From Prasinococcaceae sp. CCMP 1430 (taxonomy: Eukaryota; Plantae; Prasinodermophyta), in the NCBI GenBank assembly GCA_013416795.1, contig RQSC01000011.1, positions 1 through 49,697 on the forward strand: DNA of 49,697 nucleotides. Direction: 5' to 3'. Position 1 is the first letter of the stretch. The number at the start of each line of letters is the position of its first letter. The position numbers were made by a program, and so were the translations under genes. Below, one piece after another: positions 30,078-39,422 of the stretch. The notes under the pieces are model-generated. The model did no database searches and was not told the DNA's origin. It saw nothing but the letters and a program-made list of their open reading frames with translations.

Positions 30078-31677
30078 CTTGACACCGCCAGCGCAGCGCG
30101 GAAGCTTCCGCGCCTGCCGTCATTTCTTTTTCTTTTCCCGCTTGGGCGCTTTCGGACGGTGTGCATCTCCGCAAAGTATATCAAATGATATATATTTGGG
30201 TGATGTTCCGACCTCCGCTAATTACGGATTCGTTTTCGGTAGCGGGACGCGCCGCGAAGCCGCGCGGAGCGAGCCATTCGCGCGCACCCGCCGCGCGCGC
30301 CGCGCGTGCGGACCGTCCTGCGGAATGAGAATGTGAATGTCGATCGGTGAACCCTCGATGCGGATGGGTTAGGGTTTTACCCTAAATCCAATCCCCAGCA
30401 GCGCGGCCATTCTCTTCTGATATCACATCTTCTCCTGCCTTCGGTCGAAGGCGCACATGAATACGCATCCACATCCATTGCGCAGCACTGACCGACCGAC
30501 CGACCGGCGGCGCTGCGTTGGTGTGTCACCGTGTGTTGTGTGGCGCCTGGCCCTTCTGGAGCGGGTTGACTGCAGGACGAAAACGTTGGCGGCGGCGTGC
30601 ACAACCGTACGTGTGTGGACGTGCCCGCCGCTCGGTATGTCGCGTCGTGTCGGCATCATCGTCTGTCGATGGCCCGGGTGGCCTCGATCGGCGCGATCGA
30701 AACGCCCCACAGGAAAAACGGGCGGGAGGCGAGCGCGCAGCGAGGGCCGGCGCGCGCACGCACGTGTGCGCCGGGAGGACCGCGAGGCGGGGGGTGTGCC
30801 GCGGCCTTCGCGGCCGGCAGCTACCAGCCAGTGCCGGGTCCCGGGCCAGGGAGCGCGACGCGCACGCCCTCGCTCGTGCCTGGCTGCGCCTTCCTCTCCT
30901 GCTCCGCCGCCTCCCTCCCCCTCGCCGCCTCCCCGCACGCCCCTCCCCCGCGCAGTTTGCGGCGCCGCGCGGTTGCGCAGCGCATGGCGCGCGCGCGCCG
31001 CCGAATTGTTCCGCCGCGCCCGCCGGGCGGTCCCACTGCGCACCGCCGCTGGCTCGGTCCGGGCGCGCCCGGTTGGCGCTCGCTTGCTTTGGCCCCTCGC
31101 CCTCTCCATCTCACCCCCGCTCTGCCTCGGGCCATCGCGGCTCATCCCTGCTTCATGCCGCGGCCGAAGACGGGGCGCTCGATCGAGACGTACCGATGCA
31201 GCCGCTCGCCTTCGCCAGCAGGACACGCGGGGTGGGTGTGGGTGCCCGCCAGCGCCACCCGAAGGCTGTGGACGCATGGCACTGTCACGCGCCAGTCGAC
31301 GCCCCTCCCTCGCCGGGCTCTCTGCACCTAGCTCGCTTCAGTTGGAGAGAGACTGTTCGAGGCAGGCCTTCGTTCGAGTTGCTCCCATTCGTCCATCCGA
31401 CGCGCTGCGCATTTCCGCGCTGCCCCTCCGTGCTGCTGCTAGAGCTCGCCAATGCTGCTGCCACCACTGCTGCTGCCGCCACCCCCAGGCAGGCACAGCT
31501 GGCATCTGCGCAGCGCTTCCGCGGTGCGCCGCGCCGCCGCGGCGGTGCCGATTCTTCCCCGCGGGCGGCGCGCGCCCGGCGGAGATCGGCGATTCTACTC
31601 CGTGTTTTGCGCCGGCGGCGTCGGCGGGACTGGTCGGCGCGAGCTCGGGCGCCCGGGCCCCGGCGCTCCTCGGCGGG

Positions 31678-31947
31678 NNNNNNNNNNNNNNNNNNNNNNN
31701 NNNNNNNNNNNNNNNNNNNNNNNNNNNNNNNNNNNNNNNNNNNNNNNNNNNNNNNNNNNNNNNNNNNNNNNNNNNNNNNNNNNNNNNNNNNNNNNNNNNN
31801 NNNNNNNNNNNNNNNNNNNNNNNNNNNNNNNNNNNNNNNNNNNNNNNNNNNNNNNNNNNNNNNNNNNNNNNNNNNNNNNNNNNNNNNNNNNNNNNNNNNN
31901 NNNNNNNNNNNNNNNNNNNNNNNNNNNNNNNNNNNNNNNNNNNNNNN
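31678..31947. other. Assembly gap (270 N)
   Basis: Run of N. It hides the likely 5' part of the receptor kinase. Confidence 0.99.
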
Positions 31948-34900
31948 CAGCAGGGCGGCGCGGCGGGCGCTGCTAATACTAGCGGCGGTGGTTTCGCCGG
32001 CGGGGCGGCGCCGCTTGCGCCGGCGCCGCCCGCGCCGGGAGGGGCCAGCGGCGGCAACGCGTCGGGCTCTGCGCCGCAGTCGTTCGAAAAGCCGGACGTG
32101 TTGCCCTTCCAGACGCGCGCGCCGAACGCGGGCGCGGCGGGCGGCGGCAGCCAAGGAGCCAATGGCACGGGCGCGAGCGCGAACGGCGGCGGCAGCAGCA
32201 ACGGCAGCGGTGCGACAGTGGGGACCGAGGCAGGCAATAATAGCAGCAGCGATGGTGGTGGCTCTACCAGCAGCGCCGGGGGCGAAACGGAAGGAGGCGC
32301 ACAGATCGCGCAGGTGGACGATGTGCCGTCCGAAACACTGCCCGAGGGCAGCTTTCCGCTGTCCGTGGAAAACCCCGGCGTCGACTGCGATGGCTTCGTC
32401 TTCGCCGAGCAATTCGTGCTCTCGCGCGTCGGGGACGGCGTGTGTGACTTCAACGACACCTTCGCCGACGACGATCCCCTGGCCTTCCCATTTAGGGAGC
32501 TCAACCCCAAGCTCACGCCCAACCTGAACTGCTCCAAGTTTGCCTTCGACGGGGGCGACTGCGAGGGCGTGTGCAACGAAATTTCGCCGGGCCAGACTGG
32601 CACCGGCGCCGGCGCGCTGAGCACCTGCGCCTACACGTGCCTCTTCTCCCCGGTGATTGCCACCTGCTGCCTGTTGGGCACGGCAAGGTGCGACGGCAAG
32701 TGCGACCTCAGGCGTGCGTGCGACGCCCCGACCTTGGCGCCCACGCCAGAGCCCACGAACCAGCCAACGGCTGCGCCGACGGCCTTTCCCACGGTGCCAG
32801 CGACGTCCTCGCCCACGGGGTCGCCGGTCGTCGCCCTGGAGTACACCATGATCTTCGACCAGCTTCAGCAGGCGGAGTTCCAGGGCGCCGGCTTCGACCA
32901 GCAAGGCTTTCGCGGGCGGTACCAGTTTTGGACGTCGCAGGCCGCGGGGGTGCTGCGTGTCAATGTGCCTTTCGACGCACTGGAGGTCTCCTTCCCACCG
33001 GACGGGAGCGCGACCAATGTGGAGACGCTGGTCTACTTCGGGGACGAGTCGAACAATGAGACGGTCTTCCAGGCCCAGGCCTTCGACCGCCTCGTGAGGA
33101 CGAACGCGCCGGCGATCTTCCAAACTGCCGACTTCTTCGCGGGCTTCGGCACCCCCGTGGCGTCCGACGTCGCCCCCCGCGGCTTCGAGTCCACGCTGCC
33201 GCCGCCGCCGCCGCCTGCGGTCACGGAGGCCCCCGTCGCGACGCCGCTCTCCTCGCCCGACGTCGGCGTCGCGCCTCAGCCGCCTCCACCGCCCATGCTC
33301 GAGGAGGGGGGCGACCGCAACGATGGCGGCGGTGCGAGCGTGGGAGCCATCGCGGGTGGGGTGGTGGGCGGGGTCGTCTTTCTGGGCGTCGTCGCCGCGT
33401 TGTTCGCCGTAGTGGTCAGGCGGGAGCGCAGGCGGCGCCGCAACTCGGCTGGGAAGCTCACCCGACTGCCCTCGACCTCTGCGAACGGCACGTCTCCCCA
33501 AAACGGCGGTGGCGGGACTGGCATTCCCAAGGGAGCCATCCCGACGGCGCTGTACTCAAACGCCGGCTACCGTGAGAAAGACTGGTCCATTCCCTGGGCT
33601 GAGCTGGAGCTGGGCAACCGGATTCTCGGCAAGGGTGCCTTTGGAAAGGTCGTGGCGGGCCGCTGGAAAACTAAAGGAACGAAGGTGGCTATCAAATTCC
33701 TGACAGCGCTCGAGGAGCGGTGCCAGGAGCTGCGAGCGCTCGCGCTCGACGCGCAGGAGCAGGCTCAGCAGCAGGCGGCCAATGGGAGCAGCCTCGCAGG
33801 CGGCGCAGCGCCAATGGGGGTCGGGGTCGCGGTGGCCGCGCGAGTTAACAAGCTGGATGAAGAGGCGGTTCGCTCGACGGGCGCTTCGGGCGAGTCACAC
33901 GCGGCATCGCAGGGCACCACGGTGGGCAGCGGCGGGCCGGTGGACGTGGCGATTCGCAGCGTCGACGACGCCCATTTGAGCGAGGTCATCGTGCTCACAA
34001 CGCCGGGCGGTTACACGGTAGGCGGCGCGTCCGAGCTCGGCGAGGGCGAAGCCAGGAGGGACGAGGTTGAGAGCAGCCGTGGGTCGAGAGACAGCCACGA
34101 AGACCGGGGTGATGGTGCGTCCCTGGTTGGACCGTCCGACTCTGCTGCCGCGGTCACCACAAGCAGCGCGCGAGGGGAGGAGGCCACAGGCGAGAGGGCA
34201 GGAGAAGAGGAGGAGCGAGGGGACGACGAAGGCGCCTTCGAGGACTTGGTGTCTCCCGAACAGGTGACGCAGCTTGAGGCGGAGTGCAGGCAGGAAATAG
34301 CGACGTTCGAAGCCGAGATGGACATGCTCTTTCAGGTGAGACATCCGAACATCGTCCTGCTGCTGGGCGCGTGCATCGAGGAGGGCCACGCGGCCATGGT
34401 GATGGAGCTCTGCCAGACGAATCTGGAGACCTTGCTGCACAAGACCAACAAGCCCCTGGACCGGCGCCAGCGCTTCAACATGGCCATCGGCACAGCGAGC
34501 GGCATGACCTATCTGCACGCGCAGACGCCTAAGATTCTGCACAGGGATCTGAAACCTGCGAATCTGCTGCTGAGCCGCTCGGGCGATGTTCGCATTTGCG
34601 ATTTCCACCTGTCGCGGAAGATCGAGCAGAGCGTGGTGGTCGCGAGCGCGGTGGGGACTCCGGGCTATATGGCACCGGAGGTGCTCGCCAACCAGCCTTA
34701 CAACGAGAAGGCCGACGTGTGGGGCTTCGGGCTGTGCCTCTTCGAGCTCTTCACGCGCCAGCGCCCGTACGGGGACTACGAGAACCAGGTCGCGCTCATG
34801 AACCAGGTGATCCAGTACGGCGTCCACCCGCGGATGCCGGAGCCCGAGGACGCCTTCGACGCGGACATCGAGACGCTCTACGAGGATTGCATGCACCTGT

Positions 34901-35535
34901 GCCCGGCGGAGCGGCCGTCATTCGGGGAGATCTCCTCGCGTCTGCTAGGGATCGAAGAGCGCCACGCCGAGCTCCTGCGCAGAAGCAGCAGCGCCACGCT
35001 GTCTGCCGCCAAGTCCAAGACTTCGAGCAAGTCCCAGTCCGACCCCGAGTCCGGCGTCCGCGCGAGCGCCTCTGGTGGGAACGATGGCGAGGATGCCCCT
35101 TCACCGCCCGCCACGCCGCACGAGGGGGGTGAAGGGCCTCCAGCTCGGAAGGCGTCGCCCGACGACTCACCTGTCGACGGCTCGCAGAGCCCAACGGGGG
35201 GCCCGATGCCTCAAACCTCGCCAAAGCTAGCAGCGAGCGCGGCTGCGAACGCCGTTGTCCACCGACGCACGTCCAGCGGCGGCGGCGATGTCGGATGCTC
35301 CCCACATGCGCGGTCATCGCAGGTGCCGAACGGCGCTGTCGACGTCCCTGTTGGTGAGCCTGTCATCGCTGTGGAAGCATCCCCGGCGACGCCTGATAGC
35401 GATAGCGGGGGACCCAGCTCGCAGACACTGCTGCGACCGCTTCGCTTCTGGGAAAAGAGCGGCGATGGCCACGGGGTGGTGGATGAGCCGCAGATCCACC
35501 GTGTCGGGACACAACGTCTCGGCACGTTCCCCTAG
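31948..35535 (+). CDS. Receptor-like TKL-type protein kinase with Cys-rich/LNR-like, PT-repeat and Pro-rich ectodomain (5' partial)
   Basis: GDGVCD..NC..F.FDGGDC, then PTxxPT repeats, a TM helix (~33340-33417) and RRERRRRR. Kinase motifs are GKGAFGKV, VAIK, RHPNIV, HRDLKPANLL, DFH, GTPGYMAPE and DVWGFG. The start lies in or before the gap. Confidence 0.9.
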   Translation, partial: QQGGAAGAANTSGGGFAGGAAPLAPAPPAPGGASGGNASGSAPQSFEKPDVLPFQTRAPNAGAAGGGSQGANGTGASANGGGSSNGSGATVGTEAGNNSSSDGGGSTSSAGGETEGGAQIAQVDDVPSETLPEGSFPLSVENPGVDCDGFVFAEQFVLSRVGDGVCDFNDTFADDDPLAFPFRELNPKLTPNLNCSKFAFDGGDCEGVCNEISPGQTGTGAGALSTCAYTCLFSPVIATCCLLGTARCDGKCDLRRACDAPTLAPTPEPTNQPTAAPTAFPTVPATSSPTGSPVVALEYTMIFDQLQQAEFQGAGFDQQGFRGRYQFWTSQAAGVLRVNVPFDALEVSFPPDGSATNVETLVYFGDESNNETVFQAQAFDRLVRTNAPAIFQTADFFAGFGTPVASDVAPRGFESTLPPPPPPAVTEAPVATPLSSPDVGVAPQPPPPPMLEEGGDRNDGGGASVGAIAGGVVGGVVFLGVVAALFAVVVRRERRRRRNSAGKLTRLPSTSANGTSPQNGGGGTGIPKGAIPTALYSNAGYREKDWSIPWAELELGNRILGKGAFGKVVAGRWKTKGTKVAIKFLTALEERCQELRALALDAQEQAQQQAANGSSLAGGAAPMGVGVAVAARVNKLDEEAVRSTGASGESHAASQGTTVGSGGPVDVAIRSVDDAHLSEVIVLTTPGGYTVGGASELGEGEARRDEVESSRGSRDSHEDRGDGASLVGPSDSAAAVTTSSARGEEATGERAGEEEERGDDEGAFEDLVSPEQVTQLEAECRQEIATFEAEMDMLFQVRHPNIVLLLGACIEEGHAAMVMELCQTNLETLLHKTNKPLDRRQRFNMAIGTASGMTYLHAQTPKILHRDLKPANLLLSRSGDVRICDFHLSRKIEQSVVVASAVGTPGYMAPEVLANQPYNEKADVWGFGLCLFELFTRQRPYGDYENQVALMNQVIQYGVHPRMPEPEDAFDADIETLYEDCMHLCPAERPSFGEISSRLLGIEERHAELLRRSSSATLSAAKSKTSSKSQSDPESGVRASASGGNDGEDAPSPPATPHEGGEGPPARKASPDDSPVDGSQSPTGGPMPQTSPKLAASAAANAVVHRRTSSGGGDVGCSPHARSSQVPNGAVDVPVGEPVIAVEASPATPDSDSGGPSSQTLLRPLRFWEKSGDGHGVVDEPQIHRVGTQRLGTFP

Positions 35536-35933
35536 CCAAGCAATGTAACGACTTCGTTGATCAGACCGGAAAAGCGGTCCTCACATTCTCGTGACTCTTG
35601 ATTAGGGTTTTGTTTTAGAGGGTTTATGCCTTATCTCGTTCTGCTTCGTAGATCTCTGCCCATCAAAACACAGGCGAGCGCGCGCGTGCAGAAGCCGCCG
35701 CCGGCGCGCGCGCACGACACACCGCGCGCGCGGGCCGGCGGCCGATGGCGCGCGTGCATCGACACTCGCGTTGCGATCGCGGGTTATGGCATACGCGGCG
35801 GTGGCGAGCATCCGCGCGGCGCACGCACCTGCGCGGCGGCGGCGACAGCGGCGGCCGAGTGCGTGCGAGCGTCCGTTAGCCTGGCGAGTGCGCGCGAGGC
35901 ACTGCACCGAGGCGTTCAAGCCAGCCAGCCGCC

Positions 35934-38900
35934 ATGGTGAAGATGCGAATGACCGCCGCCGACGTGGCTGCGCAGGTGGCTTGCCTGCAGCGGCTGGTTG
36001 GCTTTCGCCTCGCGAATGTGTACGACCTCGATAGCACGACCTACGTTTTCAAGCTCAGCAAGTCGGGCGGCGCGAGCGAGAGCGGCGAGGCGGAGAAGGC
36101 GCTGCTGCTGTGCGAGTCTGGCGTGCGCCTGCACACCACAGCGTACGCGCGCGAAAAGGCAGACACGCCCTCAAACATCACGCTGAAGCTGCGCAAGCAC
36201 ATCCGAACGCGGCGGCTCGAGTCTGTGCGGCAGGTCGGCGCGGACCGCATCGTGCAGCTCACCTTTTCACGGGGCGAGGGCGAGCACCACGTGTTCATCG
36301 AGCTGTACGCGCAGGGCAACCTCGTGCTGTGCGATCGTGAGATGAACGTGCTGACGCTCCTGCGCAGCCACAGGGACGACGCGCGCGGCCTTGCAATCAT
36401 GCCAAACCACCCGTATCCGCTCGAGCACTTCCGGCCGCGCTCCAAGGCGACGGCCACTGCGCTGCGCGAGGCGCTCGAGGCGTGCAACTTCAAGGACACC
36501 CTCAAACAAGCGCTGCTCGCACATTACGCGGGTGGGCTGGGCCCACAGCTTGCCGAGCACGCCGTCGTGCGCGCAGGTATGGATCCCGGTGCGAACGCCA
36601 AACAAGCGCTTGACAGCATGGACGCCGAGCGGGAGGAGAGGTTGCTGTCGGCGCTGCAGGAAATCGACGCGTTCCTCGACGGCTGTGCGGAGGGCAGCGC
36701 CCCCAAGGGGTACATCACACGTAAGCGGGCCAAGGTGCCAAAGGGCGCTTCCAAGGAGGTGGCCGAGGCGGCCCAGAAACGCGTCATATTTGACGACGTC
36801 GTGCCCATGCTGTACGCGCAGCTCGAGCATGGCGGCGTCGGCGGCGGTGGAGAGGGTGGCGAGAGCGGCACGGGCTCGGACACGTCCGCATTGGAATTCG
36901 ACACGTTCGACGCGGCCATGGACGAATACTTCTCTAAGATCGAGGAGCAGAAGGCCGAAACACAGCGCGCGCAACAGGAGGCCGCCGCGCTCAGCAAACT
37001 GACCAAGGTGCAAAGTGATCAGACAAAGCGCGCCAAGGCTCTCGAGGAGGAGGTCGAGTTGCAGGAACGCAAAGCGCAGCTGATCGAGTACAACCTCGAG
37101 TCGGTCGACGCGGCCATCGCCGCTTGCAACTCTGCACTCGCGGGTGGCATGGACTGGAAGGATCTCGGGCAGCTCATCAAAACTGAGAAAAAGGCGGGTA
37201 ACCCTGTGGCGGGACTCATCCACAGCCTCCAACTCGAGCGCAACGCCATCACGCTCTTGTTGAGGAATACTCTGGACGAGGACGACGAGAGGGACGTGCG
37301 GGTAGAGGTCAGCCTTGACAAGAGCGCGTACGCCAACGCACGCTTGCACTTCAGCACGCGAAAGAAGCGCGCAGAGAAGCAGCAGAAAACGCTCGACGCG
37401 CAGGGCACCGCGCTCGCCGCCGCTGAGCGCAAGATGGAACAACAATTGCAAAAGGTCAAGACCGTGTCGGCCATCCAGAAGGCGCGAAAGGTGCACTGGT
37501 TCGAGAAGTTCCACTGGTTTGTCAGCAGCGAGAACTATCTGGTCATCGCGGGCCGCGATGCGCAGCAGAACGAGCTGATTGTGAAGCGCTACCTCAAGGG
37601 CGCAAACCTGTACGTGCACGCGGACCTCCATGGCGCTGCGAGCTGCGTGGTCGTGAATCCCTCGCACGATGGGAGCACTCCCGTGCCGCCGCTCACTCTG
37701 CAACAGGCGGGCACCTTCTGCGTGTGCCGCTCGAAAGCGTGGGATTCGCGCGTGGTGACGTCTGCGTGGTGGGTGTACGGCGACCAGGTCTCAAAGACTG
37801 CGCCCAGTGGCGAGTATCTCACCACAGGATCGTTCATGATTCGAGGAAAGAAGAACTTCTTGCCACCTGCCCAGCTTGTGATGGGATTCACCTTCGTGTT
37901 CAGGCTCGACGAGTCCTCCCTTGCGGCGCATCTGGGCGAACGCGCACCACGTGGCGCCGAGAGCGACGCCGGTGGCGCTGGCCTCTCTGCCAGCGCGCAC
38001 TCTGCACTACTCGATGGACCCGAGGTGACAGACGAAGAGGATGGCAGTGAGGACGACTCTGGCCTTAGCGGATGCGAGCAACAGGACCAGGAGGCCATGC
38101 AACCCTCGGATCGCCATGGGCGCCACGCTCATGACGAGAAGGAGGCAGCGGTAGACGAAGAAACTTCGTCTCATTCAGGCGGAGCTTCCCCGACTGGGGC
38201 CGCCGCCGACGATGACGACGACGATGGCGATGAGGATGATCTCTTCGCTGCAATGGACACGATGCGCCTTACTGGGGGGCGCGGTGGCGATGCAGTCACG
38301 CTCGAGCGCGCCGCCCCTCCCCCATCAGCGGCCATCGCGTCCCAGGGCGCGGGAGACGAAGATTCCAAAGAGAACGATGGCGAGGGCAGTGCCGCGGGCG
38401 ACCTGATGGACGCAGCGGGCGGCGGCAAAAATTGCACCGGCCGCAAGTACATGAGCAAGCGCCAGCGCAAACTCGCGGCGATGGGTATCAGCGAGGAGGA
38501 GGACGCTGCGAGTGCGAAGGAGCGTGCAGCCGCGCTTGAGGAGGCTCGTGCGGCTGAGCGTCGACGCAAGGAGGAGAAAGCCGCGCGCGCGGCGCTTGAT
38601 GCAAACGCGCGCGCCAAAGCTGGAACCGTGCGGGGCAAGAAGTCGAAACTCAAGAAGATGAAGAAGTACGCTGAGCAAGACGAGGAAGACCGGAATCTTG
38701 CCATGGCGGTGCTTGGTTCGGCGGGCATGAGCAAAAAGGAGCGTCAGGCCCAGGCGGCGCGCGAGGCAGCTGAGGCAAAGGCGCGTAAGGAGCGCGAAAA
38801 GGAGGAGCGCAAACGCGCCTACGATCAGAAGCTGAAGGAACTGTCGGGCAGCGCGGCGGACGCCGCCGCTGCTTCCGCTCCTGCCGGAAGCCGCGCCGAG

Positions 38901-39371
38901 CGCAAGGCCGCTGCGCGGGCGGAGGCTGAGGCCGAACGCGAGGAGATCGACGCCATCCTCGAGGAGGAGAACATCACCGAGCTCACAGATGCGCAGCGCG
39001 AGCAGGTGAAGGAGATCGACGCTTTCACAGGCGCGGCTACAGAGGACGACGTGCTCCAATACGCGATCCCCATGTGCGCACCGTACTCAGCGCTCGCGAA
39101 CCCAAAGCAGTACAAGTTCCGCGTCAAGCTCACCCCCACGGGCGGTCCGTCCGGGAAGAAGGGCCGCTTGGCTCGCACCGCCGTGGAGGTCTTCTCGCGC
39201 ACGGCCGGGTGCACCGATCGCGAGAAAGAGCTCATGCGCGCCGTACCCGACGTCGAGCTGACGACGCAGATGATCGGCGGCAAGCTGAGCACCCCAGGCC
39301 TGCAGCAAGTGAAGCAAAACCAGAAGGCCACCAGGAAGAACGCCGCGAAAGCATCGCGCGGACGGGCGTGA
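35934..39371 (+). CDS. NEMF: Ribosome quality control subunit NEMF/Rqc2 (1145 aa)
   Basis: MVKMRMTAADV..VYDL, LRKHIRTRRL, GADRIV, ELYAQGN, WFEKFHWFVSSENYLVIAGRDAQQNE, SKTAPSGEYLTTGSFMIRGKKNFLPP and a C-terminal YAIPMCAPYSAL..YKFRVKLTP. Confidence 0.96.
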   Translation: MVKMRMTAADVAAQVACLQRLVGFRLANVYDLDSTTYVFKLSKSGGASESGEAEKALLLCESGVRLHTTAYAREKADTPSNITLKLRKHIRTRRLESVRQVGADRIVQLTFSRGEGEHHVFIELYAQGNLVLCDREMNVLTLLRSHRDDARGLAIMPNHPYPLEHFRPRSKATATALREALEACNFKDTLKQALLAHYAGGLGPQLAEHAVVRAGMDPGANAKQALDSMDAEREERLLSALQEIDAFLDGCAEGSAPKGYITRKRAKVPKGASKEVAEAAQKRVIFDDVVPMLYAQLEHGGVGGGGEGGESGTGSDTSALEFDTFDAAMDEYFSKIEEQKAETQRAQQEAAALSKLTKVQSDQTKRAKALEEEVELQERKAQLIEYNLESVDAAIAACNSALAGGMDWKDLGQLIKTEKKAGNPVAGLIHSLQLERNAITLLLRNTLDEDDERDVRVEVSLDKSAYANARLHFSTRKKRAEKQQKTLDAQGTALAAAERKMEQQLQKVKTVSAIQKARKVHWFEKFHWFVSSENYLVIAGRDAQQNELIVKRYLKGANLYVHADLHGAASCVVVNPSHDGSTPVPPLTLQQAGTFCVCRSKAWDSRVVTSAWWVYGDQVSKTAPSGEYLTTGSFMIRGKKNFLPPAQLVMGFTFVFRLDESSLAAHLGERAPRGAESDAGGAGLSASAHSALLDGPEVTDEEDGSEDDSGLSGCEQQDQEAMQPSDRHGRHAHDEKEAAVDEETSSHSGGASPTGAAADDDDDDGDEDDLFAAMDTMRLTGGRGGDAVTLERAAPPPSAAIASQGAGDEDSKENDGEGSAAGDLMDAAGGGKNCTGRKYMSKRQRKLAAMGISEEEDAASAKERAAALEEARAAERRRKEEKAARAALDANARAKAGTVRGKKSKLKKMKKYAEQDEEDRNLAMAVLGSAGMSKKERQAQAAREAAEAKARKEREKEERKRAYDQKLKELSGSAADAAAASAPAGSRAERKAAARAEAEAEREEIDAILEEENITELTDAQREQVKEIDAFTGAATEDDVLQYAIPMCAPYSALANPKQYKFRVKLTPTGGPSGKKGRLARTAVEVFSRTAGCTDREKELMRAVPDVELTTQMIGGKLSTPGLQQVKQNQKATRKNAAKASRGRA

Positions 39372-39422
39372 TGTGTGCACGATTTTTAATAATGATTGAT
39401 TAATGTTTCTGTATGGAATGGG

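Noticed and set aside
30176-30200. TATATCA-AA-TGATATA palindrome upstream of the Patched-like gene
   Set aside because: Short AT-rich promoter sequence; not distinctive enough to call.
30457-31677. N-terminal ~400 aa of the 1692-aa kinase ORF
   Set aside because: Low complexity, and it is joined to the kinase only through an N run of uncertain true length, so the frame across the gap cannot be trusted.
36267-37703. 478-aa minus-strand ORF
   Set aside because: Antisense shadow of NEMF.
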